Shown piece by piece: positions 46,317 to 57,100 of a stretch of DNA of 64,000 bases. Position 1 is the first letter of the stretch. Each line of letters opens with the position of its first letter. Where the stretch lies: positions 104,888 through 168,887 of the forward strand of contig JACPAV010000007.1 in NCBI GenBank assembly GCA_016180645.1, in the 5' to 3' direction. Below the pieces are notes generated by a model. The model saw nothing but the letters and a program-made list of their open reading frames with translations, searched no databases and was not told the DNA's origin. The stretch comes from Nitrospirota bacterium. Its GTDB lineage: Bacteria; JACPQY01. The position numbers were made by a program, and so were the translations under genes.

Positions 46317-47513
46317 ATGAGCCGGCCGCTAGACGGGATTCGCGTCCTGGATCTGACAACCTCCATAGCGGGACCGTATTGCACTTTGATTCTGGGAGCG
46401 CTCGGCGCCGACGTGATCAAGATCGAGCACCCTGAGCGAGGCGACGACACGAGAAGTTGGGGACCCCCGTTCTGGAACGGCATCAGCGCGGCGTATCTCT
46501 CGATGAATGCGAACAAGAAATCACTGGCGGTGGATCTCAAGAAGCCATCGGGCCGGGACATCGTGCTGCGCCTTGCGGAGAAGGCCGACATCTTCGTACA
46601 GAACCTACGTCCCGGTGAAGTGGAGAGGCTTGGACTTGGATTTGATGTGGTGAAGAGTCGAAATAGCCGGGTGATCTACTGCTCGATCGGGGCCTACGGC
46701 GATCGCGGCCCGCTGAAAGACCAACCGGGGTACGATCCGCTGATGCAGGCTGCGGCGGGAATCATGAGCGTCACGGGTGAACCGGAGCGCCCACCGTCGC
46801 GAGCAGGGGTATCTGTGGTGGATCAAGGGACGGGGATGTGGGCCGTGATCGCCATCCTCTCGGCCCTCCGGGTACGGGACACCGCCGGAGCGCAGCACGT
46901 CAAGACTTCGCTTTACGAAGTGGCGGTCAATTGGCTCGCGTTTCAGATTGCGGGCTATTTGGGTACGGGAAACACGCCCAGACCCATGGGCTCGGCGCTG
47001 GGCTTGATCGCGCCCTACGAGGCGTTCCAAGCAGGTGATGGATGGCTCATGCTGGCTGCGGGGAACGATCGACAGTTCGCAGCCCTGTGCAGGTTGCTCG
47101 GAATGGAATCTTGGGTTTCCGACCCGCGGTTCAAATCGAACCCTGATCGGGTGGCCCATCGGGCCGTTTTGTCGGCATCCATAGCGGACAAGATTCGGGG
47201 TGAGGCCGTTCAGGTGTGGCTGGAACGTCTGCGTGGCGCCGGCGTTCCTGCCGCCCCGGTTCAGGACATCGCGCAGGTCGTGTCCCATCCCCAAACCGAA
47301 GCGACGGAAATCCTCAAGGCGCTGCCGCATCCCAAGATTCCAGAACAACGACTGGTCCGATTTCCTCTGGATCTGGGCGGGGTCTCCGTCGATCATGTAT
47401 CTCCGGCGCCCTCGCTGGGAGAGGATTCGGCAGCCATTCTTGCGGCGGCCGGATATTCACCGGCTGAAACCCAACTTTTCATTTTGGAAGGGGTCGTTCG
47501 TGGAGATTCTTGA
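46317..47513 (+). CDS. CaiB/BaiF family III CoA transferase
   Basis: PLDGIRVLDL, AGP, LGADVIKIE, N.NKKS, GYD. Confidence 0.93.
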   Translation: MSRPLDGIRVLDLTTSIAGPYCTLILGALGADVIKIEHPERGDDTRSWGPPFWNGISAAYLSMNANKKSLAVDLKKPSGRDIVLRLAEKADIFVQNLRPGEVERLGLGFDVVKSRNSRVIYCSIGAYGDRGPLKDQPGYDPLMQAAAGIMSVTGEPERPPSRAGVSVVDQGTGMWAVIAILSALRVRDTAGAQHVKTSLYEVAVNWLAFQIAGYLGTGNTPRPMGSALGLIAPYEAFQAGDGWLMLAAGNDRQFAALCRLLGMESWVSDPRFKSNPDRVAHRAVLSASIADKIRGEAVQVWLERLRGAGVPAAPVQDIAQVVSHPQTEATEILKALPHPKIPEQRLVRFPLDLGGVSVDHVSPAPSLGEDSAAILAAAGYSPAETQLFILEGVVRGDS

Positions 47514-48663
47514 GCTTGACGGCCGCAGTTGGTTGCGCGAGTTCTTTCAGATCCAGTTGGAGGTCTACCGGAACGATGCGAATTTCGTGGCCCCGCTTAG
47601 AGTCGAACGAAAACACTTCTTCAACCCTGAGAAGAATCCCTTTTTCAAGCATGCCGAGTGCAGCTACATCGTGGCTCGGGAAGGAAATCGGCCCTTGGGG
47701 TGCCTGATCGCCTTCATCGACCGGGCCTTCGCAAACTTTCACAAGGAGGACACGGCCCACTTTGGGTTTTTCGAAACCACGAACGATCCCAAAGTCTCCG
47801 GCGCCCTCATAGGGGCAGCTCTCGATTTCGCAAAGAGGAAGGGAATGAAAACACTGAGGGGCCCGTTCAATTTCTCGACCAATCATGAGTGTGGACTCCT
47901 CGTTGACGGATTCGGTTCAACGCCCATGATTCTTATGACCTACAATCCCGCCTACTACGTAAAGCTGTTGGAGGCTGAAGGCTTGACCAAGGCGATGGAT
48001 CTTCTGGCCTACCGGCTGGATGCGAAACCGCTGCCCCCTGCGCTTCGCTCCGGGGACGGCGAGGTGAATCGCCATGGGACCCTCGCGCCGCCCGAACCCT
48101 TGAAAGCGGTCGCGCAGAGTGTCGGGCAGAAGCAGGGCGTCCGTGTTCGCAATATGCGAAAACGGGAGTTCGACACCATCGTCGATTTCTTCGGCGAGGT
48201 GTACAACGACGCGTGGAGCAAGAACTGGGGATTTGTGCCGATGGACCGTGAAGAGTTCCGATTCGTCGCGTGGGGCCTGAAGTACTTTCTGGATGAGGAC
48301 CTGTGCTACTGGCTTGAACTGGACGGCAAGCCGATCGGCCTTTCGATTACCATTCCCGATTACAATGTGCCCCTGCGCCCAATGCAGGGGAAGATCCTGC
48401 CCTTTGGGCTGCTGAAGTTCCTTGCGGCCCGAAAGCGGATAAATTCAGCCCGTGTGTTCGCCCTTGGTGTGAGGAAGGAGTTCCACGATCAAGCCTTTGC
48501 CTCATTGCTGTACCTCAAGACGTGGGAAGAAGTGTTGAAGCGCGGCTACGAATGGGTCGAGATGTCGTGGATTTTGGAATCCAACCCCCGCATGCGCCGC
48601 GCCATCGAGATGGCCGGCGGGAAGGTTTACAAGACCTATCGGGTATTCGAGCGAAAGGTCTGA
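47500..48663 (+). CDS. GNAT-like protein (YghO-like)
   Basis: NPFFKH, HFGFFE, GPFNFSTNHECGLLVDGF, EMSWILESN, YKTYRVFE. Confidence 0.85.
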   Translation: MEILELDGRSWLREFFQIQLEVYRNDANFVAPLRVERKHFFNPEKNPFFKHAECSYIVAREGNRPLGCLIAFIDRAFANFHKEDTAHFGFFETTNDPKVSGALIGAALDFAKRKGMKTLRGPFNFSTNHECGLLVDGFGSTPMILMTYNPAYYVKLLEAEGLTKAMDLLAYRLDAKPLPPALRSGDGEVNRHGTLAPPEPLKAVAQSVGQKQGVRVRNMRKREFDTIVDFFGEVYNDAWSKNWGFVPMDREEFRFVAWGLKYFLDEDLCYWLELDGKPIGLSITIPDYNVPLRPMQGKILPFGLLKFLAARKRINSARVFALGVRKEFHDQAFASLLYLKTWEEVLKRGYEWVEMSWILESNPRMRRAIEMAGGKVYKTYRVFERKV

Positions 48664-48751
48664 TTGCGCTTGGGAGGTCGCCCGGGGATCCCGTTTGTCG
48701 GGGTTGACGAATACACATTGAACTGGCATTCTATACACACGGGAAGGAGAG

Positions 48752-48961
48752 ATGGCGATGCGGACGAATATCGTGATCGATGACAACTTGATGGCGCGAG
48801 CTCAGCGCGCGGCGGGACTCCCCACGAAGAGGGCTACCGTCGAAGCGGGTTTGCAGCTCCTTCTTCAGATCAAGGCACAAGAAGGCCTACGTCGGTTGAG
48901 AGGGAACATCCGCTGGATCGGCGACTTGAATCGGATGCGCAGGTCTCGTTCGGAGCGCTGA
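48752..48961 (+). CDS. vapB: VapB-family antitoxin
   Basis: MRTNIVIDDNLM..A......TKR..VE.GL. Confidence 0.88.
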   Translation: MAMRTNIVIDDNLMARAQRAAGLPTKRATVEAGLQLLLQIKAQEGLRRLRGNIRWIGDLNRMRRSRSER

Positions 48962-48966
48962 TCCCG

Positions 48967-49365
48967 CTGGTTATCGTTGATACGACGGTCTGGATCGACT
49001 ACTTCCGGGGAACGCCAACTCCTCACACACGGTGGCTTGACCTTGAACTTGGACGTCAGCGACTTGGGATTACCGACCTCATTTTATGTGAGGTGCTCCA
49101 AGGCATTCCGGACGATCGGACCTTCGATCGGGTGCGGGGGGAGTTGACTTCGCTCGAAGGGTTCGCGACGGGTGGGATGGATTTCGCGATGGAGGCCGTC
49201 AGAAACTACCGTCGGCTCCGTGCCCACGGGAAGACCGTGCGCAAGACGATGGACGTGTGGATTGCCACTTTCTGCATTCGTGAGGGACATTCACTCCTTC
49301 ACAACGACCGTGATTTCGACGCGTTCGAGCGTTTTCTGGGCCTCTCCGTCATCCATCCCGACTAA
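48967..49365 (+). CDS. vapC: VapC PIN-domain toxin (apparent CTG start)
   Basis: (CTG)VIVDTTVWIDYFRG...EVLQG...DVWIA...LLHNDRDFD; PIN acidic residues present. Confidence 0.85.
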   Translation: MVIVDTTVWIDYFRGTPTPHTRWLDLELGRQRLGITDLILCEVLQGIPDDRTFDRVRGELTSLEGFATGGMDFAMEAVRNYRRLRAHGKTVRKTMDVWIATFCIREGHSLLHNDRDFDAFERFLGLSVIHPD

Positions 49366-49416
49366 CGCCTACTGCGCGGCGGAGACCCCGATGGGGGCCG
49401 CTCCGGACTCCTGTCC

Positions 49417-50070
49417 TCACGCGGCACTACCCCATCCTTGGGGGGCGCATGTTACGCCGGTGCCGCCGAGGCCGCAGTAGCCCATGGGGTTCTTGGCGAG
49501 GTACTGCTGGTGGTAGTCCTCGGCGTAGTAGAACTGCGGTGCGGACAGAATCTCAGTGGTGATCGCCCCGTATCCGGCGGTCTTGAGCGCGCGCTGGAAA
49601 TCGTCGCGTGAAGCTTCGGCGGGGCGCTTCTGCTCCGGCGAGTAGGCGTAGATTCCGGATCGGTACTGGGTACCGACATCATTGCCCTGACGCATGCCCT
49701 GGGTGGGATCGTGACTTTCCCAGAAGATTTTGAGGAGGTCGGTGTACCGAACCGCGGCGGGATCGAAAACGACTCGCACCACTTCCGCGTGGCCGGTCCG
49801 TCCGGAGCAGATTTCCTCGTAGGTGGGATTCGGGGTGTGACCTGCGGCGTATCCGACGGCAGTGGAATAGACGCCAGGAGCCGACCAATACTTTTTCTCG
49901 GCGCCCCAGAAACATCCCATGCCGAACATGGCCAACTCCTTGCCGGGAAACGGCGGCGAGAGGGGATTCCCGTTGACATAGTGACGGGAAGGCACGCGCA
50001 TGGGTTCTGTCCTCCCCGGCAGGGCTTCATCCTTCGACGGCACTCGCAATTTGTTTGACTTGCCAAACAT
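49417..50070 (-). CDS. msrA: peptide-methionine (S)-S-oxide reductase
   Basis: [33 protein letters not shown]. Confidence 0.97.
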   Translation of the reverse strand: MFGKSNKLRVPSKDEALPGRTEPMRVPSRHYVNGNPLSPPFPGKELAMFGMGCFWGAEKKYWSAPGVYSTAVGYAAGHTPNPTYEEICSGRTGHAEVVRVVFDPAAVRYTDLLKIFWESHDPTQGMRQGNDVGTQYRSGIYAYSPEQKRPAEASRDDFQRALKTAGYGAITTEILSAPQFYYAEDYHQQYLAKNPMGYCGLGGTGVTCAPQGWGSAA

Positions 50071-50144
50071 GGTGTTGCCTCCCTCGATGAATGGGTGAAG
50101 GTGCAGGGCCGAATGTTACTGGAGAAGTCCACAATGACGGGCGG

Positions 50145-50191
50145 GAGATTGCCACGTCATCCGCCTTCCGGCGGATTTGACTCGCGATGAC
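50145..50191. repeat. GAGATTGC...CGCGATGAC repeat with nested hairpin
   Basis: Same ends as the 46251 copy; internal ATCCGCC-ttcc-GGCGGAT. Confidence 0.65.
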
Positions 50192-50208
50192 CTCCGCCTC
50201 GGTCGTGG

Positions 50209-50922
50209 CTACAATCTTCGCGCGATGTCGCGGAAGTTGGGGAGAGAGTACTGGCCGGGAGCGGTGGGGGAGTCGAGGTAGGCGTAGGCCCAGCGGGAGC
50301 CGAAGAGGGGCGCGAGAAGACGCAGAGGCCGGGCGAGGTCGCCCATCGGAATGGCGACGAGGGGTGTCTTTCGGTTTTTCAAGGCGAAATTGAGGAGGCG
50401 GAGCGCGTCCTCCAACGAAGCCGCGTGACATGCGATTTTCACAACGTCGGCTTTGGCGGACTTGGCCTTCTTGAGCCACGAGATGAGCACCGAATCCGGG
50501 GGCGTCCTCTTGAAATCGTGAACCGAAACCACCAGCGTCTTCTTCCGCTGTGCGCAGAGGGCAGCGACTTTTCCGGCGATCAGAGAAGCCAGTTCAACGT
50601 CGATCCCTTCGACTTCCTCCGCCAGGCAGTCGAAGAGAAAATACCGCTGCTTGTCGTCCAGCGATTTCGATAGTGGTCCGCCCCCTTCCTTGTTGGAGCG
50701 AACCGTCAGCAGGAAGGGGCACGGAAGAACGGCCTTGAGTGATTGAACCATGCGAAGGTATTCCGGGAGCGGTTTCGGATCGAAATGGTCGAGCCGAACT
50801 TCCACGAGGTCCGGCCCCCATGAACGCCACGTGGGAAACATCTTCTCAGTGCCCTTCCCCGTGTACACCCCGGCCACAGGAAACTGGACATTGAACGTGA
50901 AGCGCCCTATCGTGGTGGCCAT
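50209..50922 (-). CDS. aroD: type I 3-dehydroquinate dehydratase
   Basis: DLVEVRLD, LTVRS..EGG, DVE, SVHDF, VKIA, PTAPGQ. Confidence 0.9.
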   Translation of the reverse strand: MATTIGRFTFNVQFPVAGVYTGKGTEKMFPTWRSWGPDLVEVRLDHFDPKPLPEYLRMVQSLKAVLPCPFLLTVRSNKEGGGPLSKSLDDKQRYFLFDCLAEEVEGIDVELASLIAGKVAALCAQRKKTLVVSVHDFKRTPPDSVLISWLKKAKSAKADVVKIACHAASLEDALRLLNFALKNRKTPLVAIPMGDLARPLRLLAPLFGSRWAYAYLDSPTAPGQYSLPNFRDIARRL

Positions 50923-50977
50923 GCGGGAAAGGTTAGCACTACTCCGCCGCTTTTCGTAGGTCCGGTCTCAGGCGAAC

Positions 50978-51736
50978 ATGCAGAGCAAAATCAGTTTCAA
51001 GAACTCGAAGAACCAGTTGCTTTCGGGCGTGGTTCACGTGGGGAGCGAGGGGAAGAACCGGCCGTGGGTGATCTTGTGTCACGGCATGTTTTCCAGCAAG
51101 GAGGGGCGGAAAGCGAGGGCGCTGGCGGAGCGGTGCGAGGGGGCCGGATTGAACGCACTTCGGTTTGACTTCACTTCCTGCGGGGAGTCGGAGGGTGAAC
51201 CGGGGCTGATCCTTTACGGCCAACAGGTGCGTGATGTTTCCTCCGCGGTCGATTTTCTCGAGGACGGGTATACCCCTTCGAGGTTGAGTTTGGTCGGTTC
51301 CAGCATGGGTGCCGCCACGGCGATCCTCCATGCGGCTCGGAGACCCTACAAGCTCGCCTGTGTCGTCCTCATCGCCTCGCCATCCAGCACGTTGCAGTAT
51401 GTAAACGACTTCATGTCCGAGGATCAGGTTCGGGAATGGAAGAAGACCGGGATGTGGGAGTCCGGCGCGAACCGTGTGCGTTACGAATTCGCGGATGATG
51501 CGCGGCCATTCAATATTCTGGAGTCGGCCCGCCTTCTCCATCTCCCCACGCTGGTCCTCCACGGGAGCGGCGACGAGCTTGTTCCGCTGAAGTGCGCCCA
51601 GGAGATCTATGCCGCGCTGCCGAAGACGCGCAGTCTGACCATTCTGAACAAGGCGGACCACCAGTTCACGAAGGAGGAAGATCGTGAAAGGGTGGTGAAG
51701 CTGACCGTGGAATGGTGCCGGACGTTCGGGGCGTAG
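50978..51736 (+). CDS. alpha/beta hydrolase
   Basis: CHG, RFDF..CGESEG, GSSMG, HG..DE.VP, ADH. Confidence 0.88.
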   Translation: MQSKISFKNSKNQLLSGVVHVGSEGKNRPWVILCHGMFSSKEGRKARALAERCEGAGLNALRFDFTSCGESEGEPGLILYGQQVRDVSSAVDFLEDGYTPSRLSLVGSSMGAATAILHAARRPYKLACVVLIASPSSTLQYVNDFMSEDQVREWKKTGMWESGANRVRYEFADDARPFNILESARLLHLPTLVLHGSGDELVPLKCAQEIYAALPKTRSLTILNKADHQFTKEEDRERVVKLTVEWCRTFGA

Positions 51737-51760
51737 TCGGTTGTTCTGCAAATGATTGTA

Positions 51761-51864
51761 GAGATTGCTTCAGTCCGGGCCAGGATGCCCGTCCTTCGCA
51801 ATGACGCTTGCTGGGAGTCGTTGCGAGCGAAGCCCCGCTTAGCGGGGCGAAGCGAAGCAACCTC
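51761..51864. repeat. inverted pair of GAGATTGC/GCAATGAC-type repeats
   Basis: 51761-51805 and 51817-51864 between convergent genes, each with a different internal hairpin. Confidence 0.7.
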
Positions 51865-51903
51865 GATCCCTGATACTCCGCCGACTCTTTTTCTTCGGAG
51901 CGT

Positions 51904-52374
51904 TTACTCGATGACGAATTCGGTGAAGTAGACTTTCTTGAGACCGCGGGGCGGGAGCGTGTTCCGGATCGCCTCGAAGATGGCGTAGCGCAAGTCATCG
52001 CGGGCGAAGGAGTTGAGGAGGTCGTTGGAAGATCGGTCGGCCAGGATCAGAATGATGTAGTCCTGGTATTCGTGCATGCGCCCCTCGGCTTCCCTCCGGG
52101 TTTCCGGGGAATCCAGATCGAGTACAACCACCAGTCTCAGCTTCTGACGGTCCGTCAGCGTGCCGGTGGTCGGAGGCAGGGTGAGGATCGTGGGGGCGTT
52201 CGTGGCGGCCGCTTCCGGGGCCTCGATTCCGCTCGGAACGAGGGCGGCCGCCGCTCCAAGCGGCACCTCTGCGGACTTCGTCGAGGCCGCCGATTTTTCA
52301 GGCGGTGTTCCCGGTTTCTTGCAGGAAGGTGCAAGGAGGAGCGCGGCAAGCGCGGCCACCGACCAGATTTTCAT
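51904..52374 (-). CDS. FliL-like lipoprotein
   Basis: Lipobox-like APSC; C-terminal D.IILIL...LR..I...KKVYFTEFVIE. Confidence 0.7.
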   Translation of the reverse strand: MKIWSVAALAALLLAPSCKKPGTPPEKSAASTKSAEVPLGAAAALVPSGIEAPEAAATNAPTILTLPPTTGTLTDRQKLRLVVVLDLDSPETRREAEGRMHEYQDYIILILADRSSNDLLNSFARDDLRYAIFEAIRNTLPPRGLKKVYFTEFVIE

Positions 52375-53840
52375 GAGCGGGCAATCTCCATCAATGAGGA
52401 GGGTATGGGGCAACGCTCGCATCCGTCAAGCCCTTTCGAGCAGAAATCTTCGTAGATGCGGTGGAGCCCCTGCTGGAAGCGGGCCGAACGGAGCAAGGGA
52501 TTTCCTTTGGCTGCCGGAGTCCGGAGGGAACGCCCCCCTCGGGTGAGCGAACTTCCGAACATCCGCCTTACTGCGGCCCTCTCGATGCGGTTCTCCGGAA
52601 GGCGCGGTGTGACTTCAAAAAGGGCATGCGCGGCCTTCTCGCGCTCGATCGAATTCTCATGGCGCGCCCAAGCCGAGGCGAACGGGAGCAGAAAATTCAG
52701 AAGGAGAATGTCCCGCGTATCGGCTCCGATTCGAGGAGCCGAAATCCCATGGCGACTCACACTCTGAAGGAGGGCGCACTTGGCCGGGCGAGGGATAAGC
52801 ATCCCGAGTCCTTCCCGAAGGCGCTGAAGGCCCTTCCGAGGCGATTCGGCGGGATCGAGGGCTCGGATCATCTGTTCGAGAACCAGCCAACCCCGATCCA
52901 GAAACAGCGTAAGGAGCGTGTGCGTGATGAAGGCCACGCGGCGAGGATGGGAAAGGCTGGGTCGGGCGCTTCGGCGGGGGGATCCATCCAATCCGGAACG
53001 AAGGGCTCCCATCAGAAGTCTCTCCGTGCGCTCCTCCGCCGGGAGGGGACCGCCCTCCATAAGGGCGCGGAGACCGACATTTCGACATGCGAGGGCGGCG
53101 TGCAGGTAGGTTTCGCGAAAACCGCCGAAGCCCCAGTTCTCCACCCATGAGCAGACGAAGGCTTCGGAGAGGGAAGCCGACTCGCCAATCCAGCGTTGCG
53201 CGCGGCGGATTTTCGTCTCGAACCGCGCATCGGCGGCCTTCGAGATCCAATCCATCATCTTTTTCCGGGCAGGGCCCGCGTCGGCGATGTGCGGGTGGCA
53301 GAAACCCAAAGCCGAAGGGGAACGCCCCGGATAGTGCTCGGGATCGATTTCTCCCACAAGATCTTCAAGAGGTCGTACCAGACATTCCTCCAGTATGGCT
53401 TGCGGGATCGCCTTGTCCGAAAAATTGCGCGGCGGGGAAGAGCCGGATCCCCTCCATAGGGCCGCGTGCAGCACAACGCCGTTGTAGGCCTTGTCGGCCC
53501 CGTGACCGTGGGTCTTCCAGTCGCCTGCCCGGAGGTGCAACTCCACATCGCCCGTAACCTGTCGCTCACCGATCCTCAGCCGCGCCTGGGTGAAGTCCGG
53601 TCCCGGACCGACGTTCCAGAATCCGGGAAACTCGACCACGATGCGATCACCGCCCTCGGAGGCGAGGAGCCGTGGGATGAAGAGCTGGTCGTACCAGAGG
53701 CACCGAAGAAAACTTTCAGAGACGGGGGGCCGCGCTTCTCCGGTCCGTGACGTCTCGCGGAGCTCGGATGGCTGGGGCGCGTAGCGGTGGACCCACTCTT
53801 CGTACTCTGCGGCGTAGTTGACCTGGGAGTGGGGGGCCAT
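52371..53840 (-). CDS. DUF2851 family protein
   Basis: E.FL..LW, PG.WN...GPDF..A, GDVELH....DW..HGH..D..Y..VVLH, QQGL. Confidence 0.85.
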   Translation of the reverse strand: MAPHSQVNYAAEYEEWVHRYAPQPSELRETSRTGEARPPVSESFLRCLWYDQLFIPRLLASEGGDRIVVEFPGFWNVGPGPDFTQARLRIGERQVTGDVELHLRAGDWKTHGHGADKAYNGVVLHAALWRGSGSSPPRNFSDKAIPQAILEECLVRPLEDLVGEIDPEHYPGRSPSALGFCHPHIADAGPARKKMMDWISKAADARFETKIRRAQRWIGESASLSEAFVCSWVENWGFGGFRETYLHAALACRNVGLRALMEGGPLPAEERTERLLMGALRSGLDGSPRRSARPSLSHPRRVAFITHTLLTLFLDRGWLVLEQMIRALDPAESPRKGLQRLREGLGMLIPRPAKCALLQSVSRHGISAPRIGADTRDILLLNFLLPFASAWARHENSIEREKAAHALFEVTPRLPENRIERAAVRRMFGSSLTRGGRSLRTPAAKGNPLLRSARFQQGLHRIYEDFCSKGLDGCERCPIPSSLMEIARS

Positions 53841-54163
53841 CAGCGGTCCGTTTTCGACTTACCCCTTCTCTTGCCTTTCCGGGCTTCCAGCTCCTTCAAG
53901 ATGTCCTCGATGCCGACGTTTTCCGCGGCCATGAGCACAAGGATGTGGAACCAGAGGTCGGCCAATTCGGAAATCAGCCTCCTCCTACGCCGCGTGAGCG
54001 AGGCCAGGGCGGTTTCAAAAGCCTCCTCGCCGATTTTCTTGAGAATTTCCACGCGGCCTTTCCTGATGAGCGATGCCACGTAGGACCCTTCAGGCAGGGT
54101 GCGCTTACGGGCCTCGATGACGTTCGTCAATTCAATAAGAGTGTCGAACCTACCTCGCTTCAT
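53840..54163 (-). CDS. hisE: phosphoribosyl-ATP diphosphatase
   Basis: SYVASL, ILKKIGEEA.E, E.ADL.FH..V. Confidence 0.93.
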   Translation of the reverse strand: MKRGRFDTLIELTNVIEARKRTLPEGSYVASLIRKGRVEILKKIGEEAFETALASLTRRRRRLISELADLWFHILVLMAAENVGIEDILKELEARKGKRRGKSKTDR

Positions 54164-57100
54164 CGAGCCTCCTCATCACGTATCGGGCCGTCATATTTCT
54201 GGCGTTCAGCTCCAGTGCGCTCCGTGCCAGTTGCACGGCCTGAGTGGTCTTCCCCGCCTCCAGAAGAGACAGAGACGCCATGGCCAGAAGCTCATCGTTG
54301 GATCTCTTCATCCCACCGGCTTCCTGTACGGCGCGGAGAAAATACGTGGCCGCCGCATCGTGCTCGCCGTACCGCCATGCGATTTCCGCCAACCGTCTCC
54401 AGTTCGGCAAGCGATCGGTGGCCAGCCGTGGTATGGCGGCTGCCACTTGGTTGAGCGCTTCTACCATCGATCCTCGCTGGGTCCATGATACGGCGTTTTC
54501 GGCTTCTTTGAACAGCATCTCAATGAACGTCTGGACCAGCCAGCGGTCTTTCCAGTCTTCGGGGGACGCCTTCAGGTGCTTGCGGAGGATCTCCATTGCC
54601 TTCTCCGGACGGTTGATGGCGTTGTAGAAGCCGATGCGGTACCGATCCTGCGCGTAGTTGGGGTGGGGGGAAAGCTCCTCCATGGTCCGCATGAGCACGG
54701 AGGCGATCTGCCCGGTTTCCGCGCCTCGTGATAGGTAGTACTGGAGGATCGAGGTCAGGTCGCTTTCCCTCAGTGGATGTTGTTGAGTGTAACGGGCGAG
54801 GAAGAGGCCGCTCCGATCGAGTGATCGCATCCGGGCATCATGATTCCGAAGGGCCGTCGAGGTGGCCCCGGAGTAGAAGTTGCGCGCCGCAGCGTAGTCG
54901 AGAAGCGGGGCGTCGTCCGTGTGCACCGGCCGGTCGCCCGAAACGAGGAATCGAAACGCTTCTTCCGGAAGGGCTTGGAGGGCGAGGAGCGTTGCCGGTT
55001 CGGTCACCTGAATGCGACCGAGGTCTTCGCGAATGGCGGCGTTGTCGAATTGGGCGCGAAGGTGGTCGAAGTCCATCCCGATCGAGCGATTTGATCCGAT
55101 AAGCAGAAGGTCGGTGGCCAGGGTGTTCCATACCGTTACATGGGGGAACACCGATCCGAAGGTGTTCAGGATGATGGAGAGAGTCGGGTCGTCCATTTCG
55201 TACAGGTGGAACCATTGCACCATCAATCCGCCCGACCGCAGATGATCTCGGGCGGACTCGAAGAATTCCTTTGAGAAGAGGCCGGCCACACCCGCCATCC
55301 ACGGATTGGACGGCTCGCTGATGATGAGGTCGAACCGACCGGGAGAAAGCTTCAGGTATGTCTTGGCGTCCTCGACGTGGACGTGAAACCGGGGATTCGA
55401 GTGCACGAATCGGTTGTGCTGTTCGAAGCCGCGGGAAGCCTCCACCACGGCGGGAGAGATCTCAACCTGATGCACCGAGGTTCCCGGATACAGGAGGACC
55501 GAGGAGGCGGTGATCCCGCTTCCCATTCCCACGACCAGGACGTCCTCGGTGCGGGGCTTGATGAGCATCGGGATGTGCGCGCTAAGGAGTTCAGTCGGTA
55601 GATCGGCATAGGAGGAGGCGTCGGTCTTGGCGCCCACCTTCAGACTGATCTCTCCATTCAAATCCCGGACGAGGGAGACGGAGCCGTTCGAGTCGTCCTT
55701 CAAGTACAGGACTTGACCGGCCCGGACGCTTTCTTCCCGCCATTTGTTCACGGGCAGAGGCGGCGGTGCGCCGCGGAACCGGTATGGCCCGGACTGCAAG
55801 GCCATGGGACTCCAGTGGACAGCCCTCATTCCCAGAGGGACCACCACGAGAACGACGGCGCCCCCGGCCGCGAACGGGAGCGTAAAACGCGAAATCGCGC
55901 TCGCCCAAAGGAGCAGGCCGGCGCCCAAATTGAGGGCAATCACCACTTCAACGGCCGGTTCGATGCCGAGCCACGGGATGAAGAGAAGAGCAGCGACCAA
56001 TGCCCCGGAGAGATTGCCCGCCGTATTCCAAAACAGGACATTGCCGACCCGCCTGCCGAGCGATTCGGGCGCGCGGGCGGTTGCCGAGGCGGCCAGGGGG
56101 AACGTCATCCCAATCAGTACGGTGGGCACGAACATCACAGCGACCAGTCCGATGAAGGTCAAACCGTTGTACAACCAGAAACTGGGGGCGCCCGGCTGAA
56201 GCAGCATACGGAGCTTGGCAAAATAGAACGGGAGATCTTGAAACAAAGGGTAGAGGAGGAGCAGGCTGGCGCCGATTCCGAATTCAGCGATCATGAAAAC
56301 ACGCAGAGGATCCATCTTTCGCAGTGCCGGAGCCCCGACCGCCAGGCTGCCCAGCGCGATGCCGAGGATGAACGTGGCCAGCATGATCGAAAACGCGTAG
56401 ACGGAAGACCCGAGCGAAAGCCCGATGATTCTGGCCCAGAGCACTTCGAGCGCGAAGGACGCGAAGCCCGAGATGAAGATGCCCGCCAGTGCGACGGCCT
56501 GCCGGCCCGTGCCGTAGTCGGGTTCGCTGGACGGTTCCGGGGGGGGGGGAGGTGTTCTGCGGACCGCTCCCACAATCGTCCTCCTGAAGCCCATGACGAG
56601 GAGGCCGACCGCGATATTGGCAAAGGAGCCGACATGCATCGAAAGGCTCAAGCCGATCGTTTCAATGAGTACGAATCCGGCCAGGAGGGTTCCGGCCACG
56701 GCTCCAATCGTATTGGCCGCGTTCAACCAACCGGCGGTCTTTCCCACCGCTGTGCCGGCCGGCCGGCACAGGCGGACAAGCACCGGGATCGTTCCGCCCA
56801 TGAGGAACGTCGGGATCAGCATGGTGAGGATTGAGAACGCCGCCTTGAGAAGCGTCACGGCGCCCGGCCATTCTTCGTACCATCGTTCTCCGATGATCGT
56901 GTAGGCGGTGCCTAGTCGTGTGAATATTTCAGGATAGAGACCGCAGTAGAAGCCGATGAGGATCTCGATCCACGCGTAGACCGTCAGGAGGTCGTACGTA
57001 TTGGCCGGTGCGGCCTTGGACCCCAGCCGATCCGCCCATCGCCCGAGCGTGGCACTGCCCAGCGCGATGCCGCCCATGAACACGGAGAGCACGATGGCCT

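Noticed and set aside
56539-56549. Poly-G phase-variation tract in the MFS/spermidine synthase gene
   Set aside because: Encodes a poly-Pro linker with the frame intact; no evidence of variation from a single sequence.
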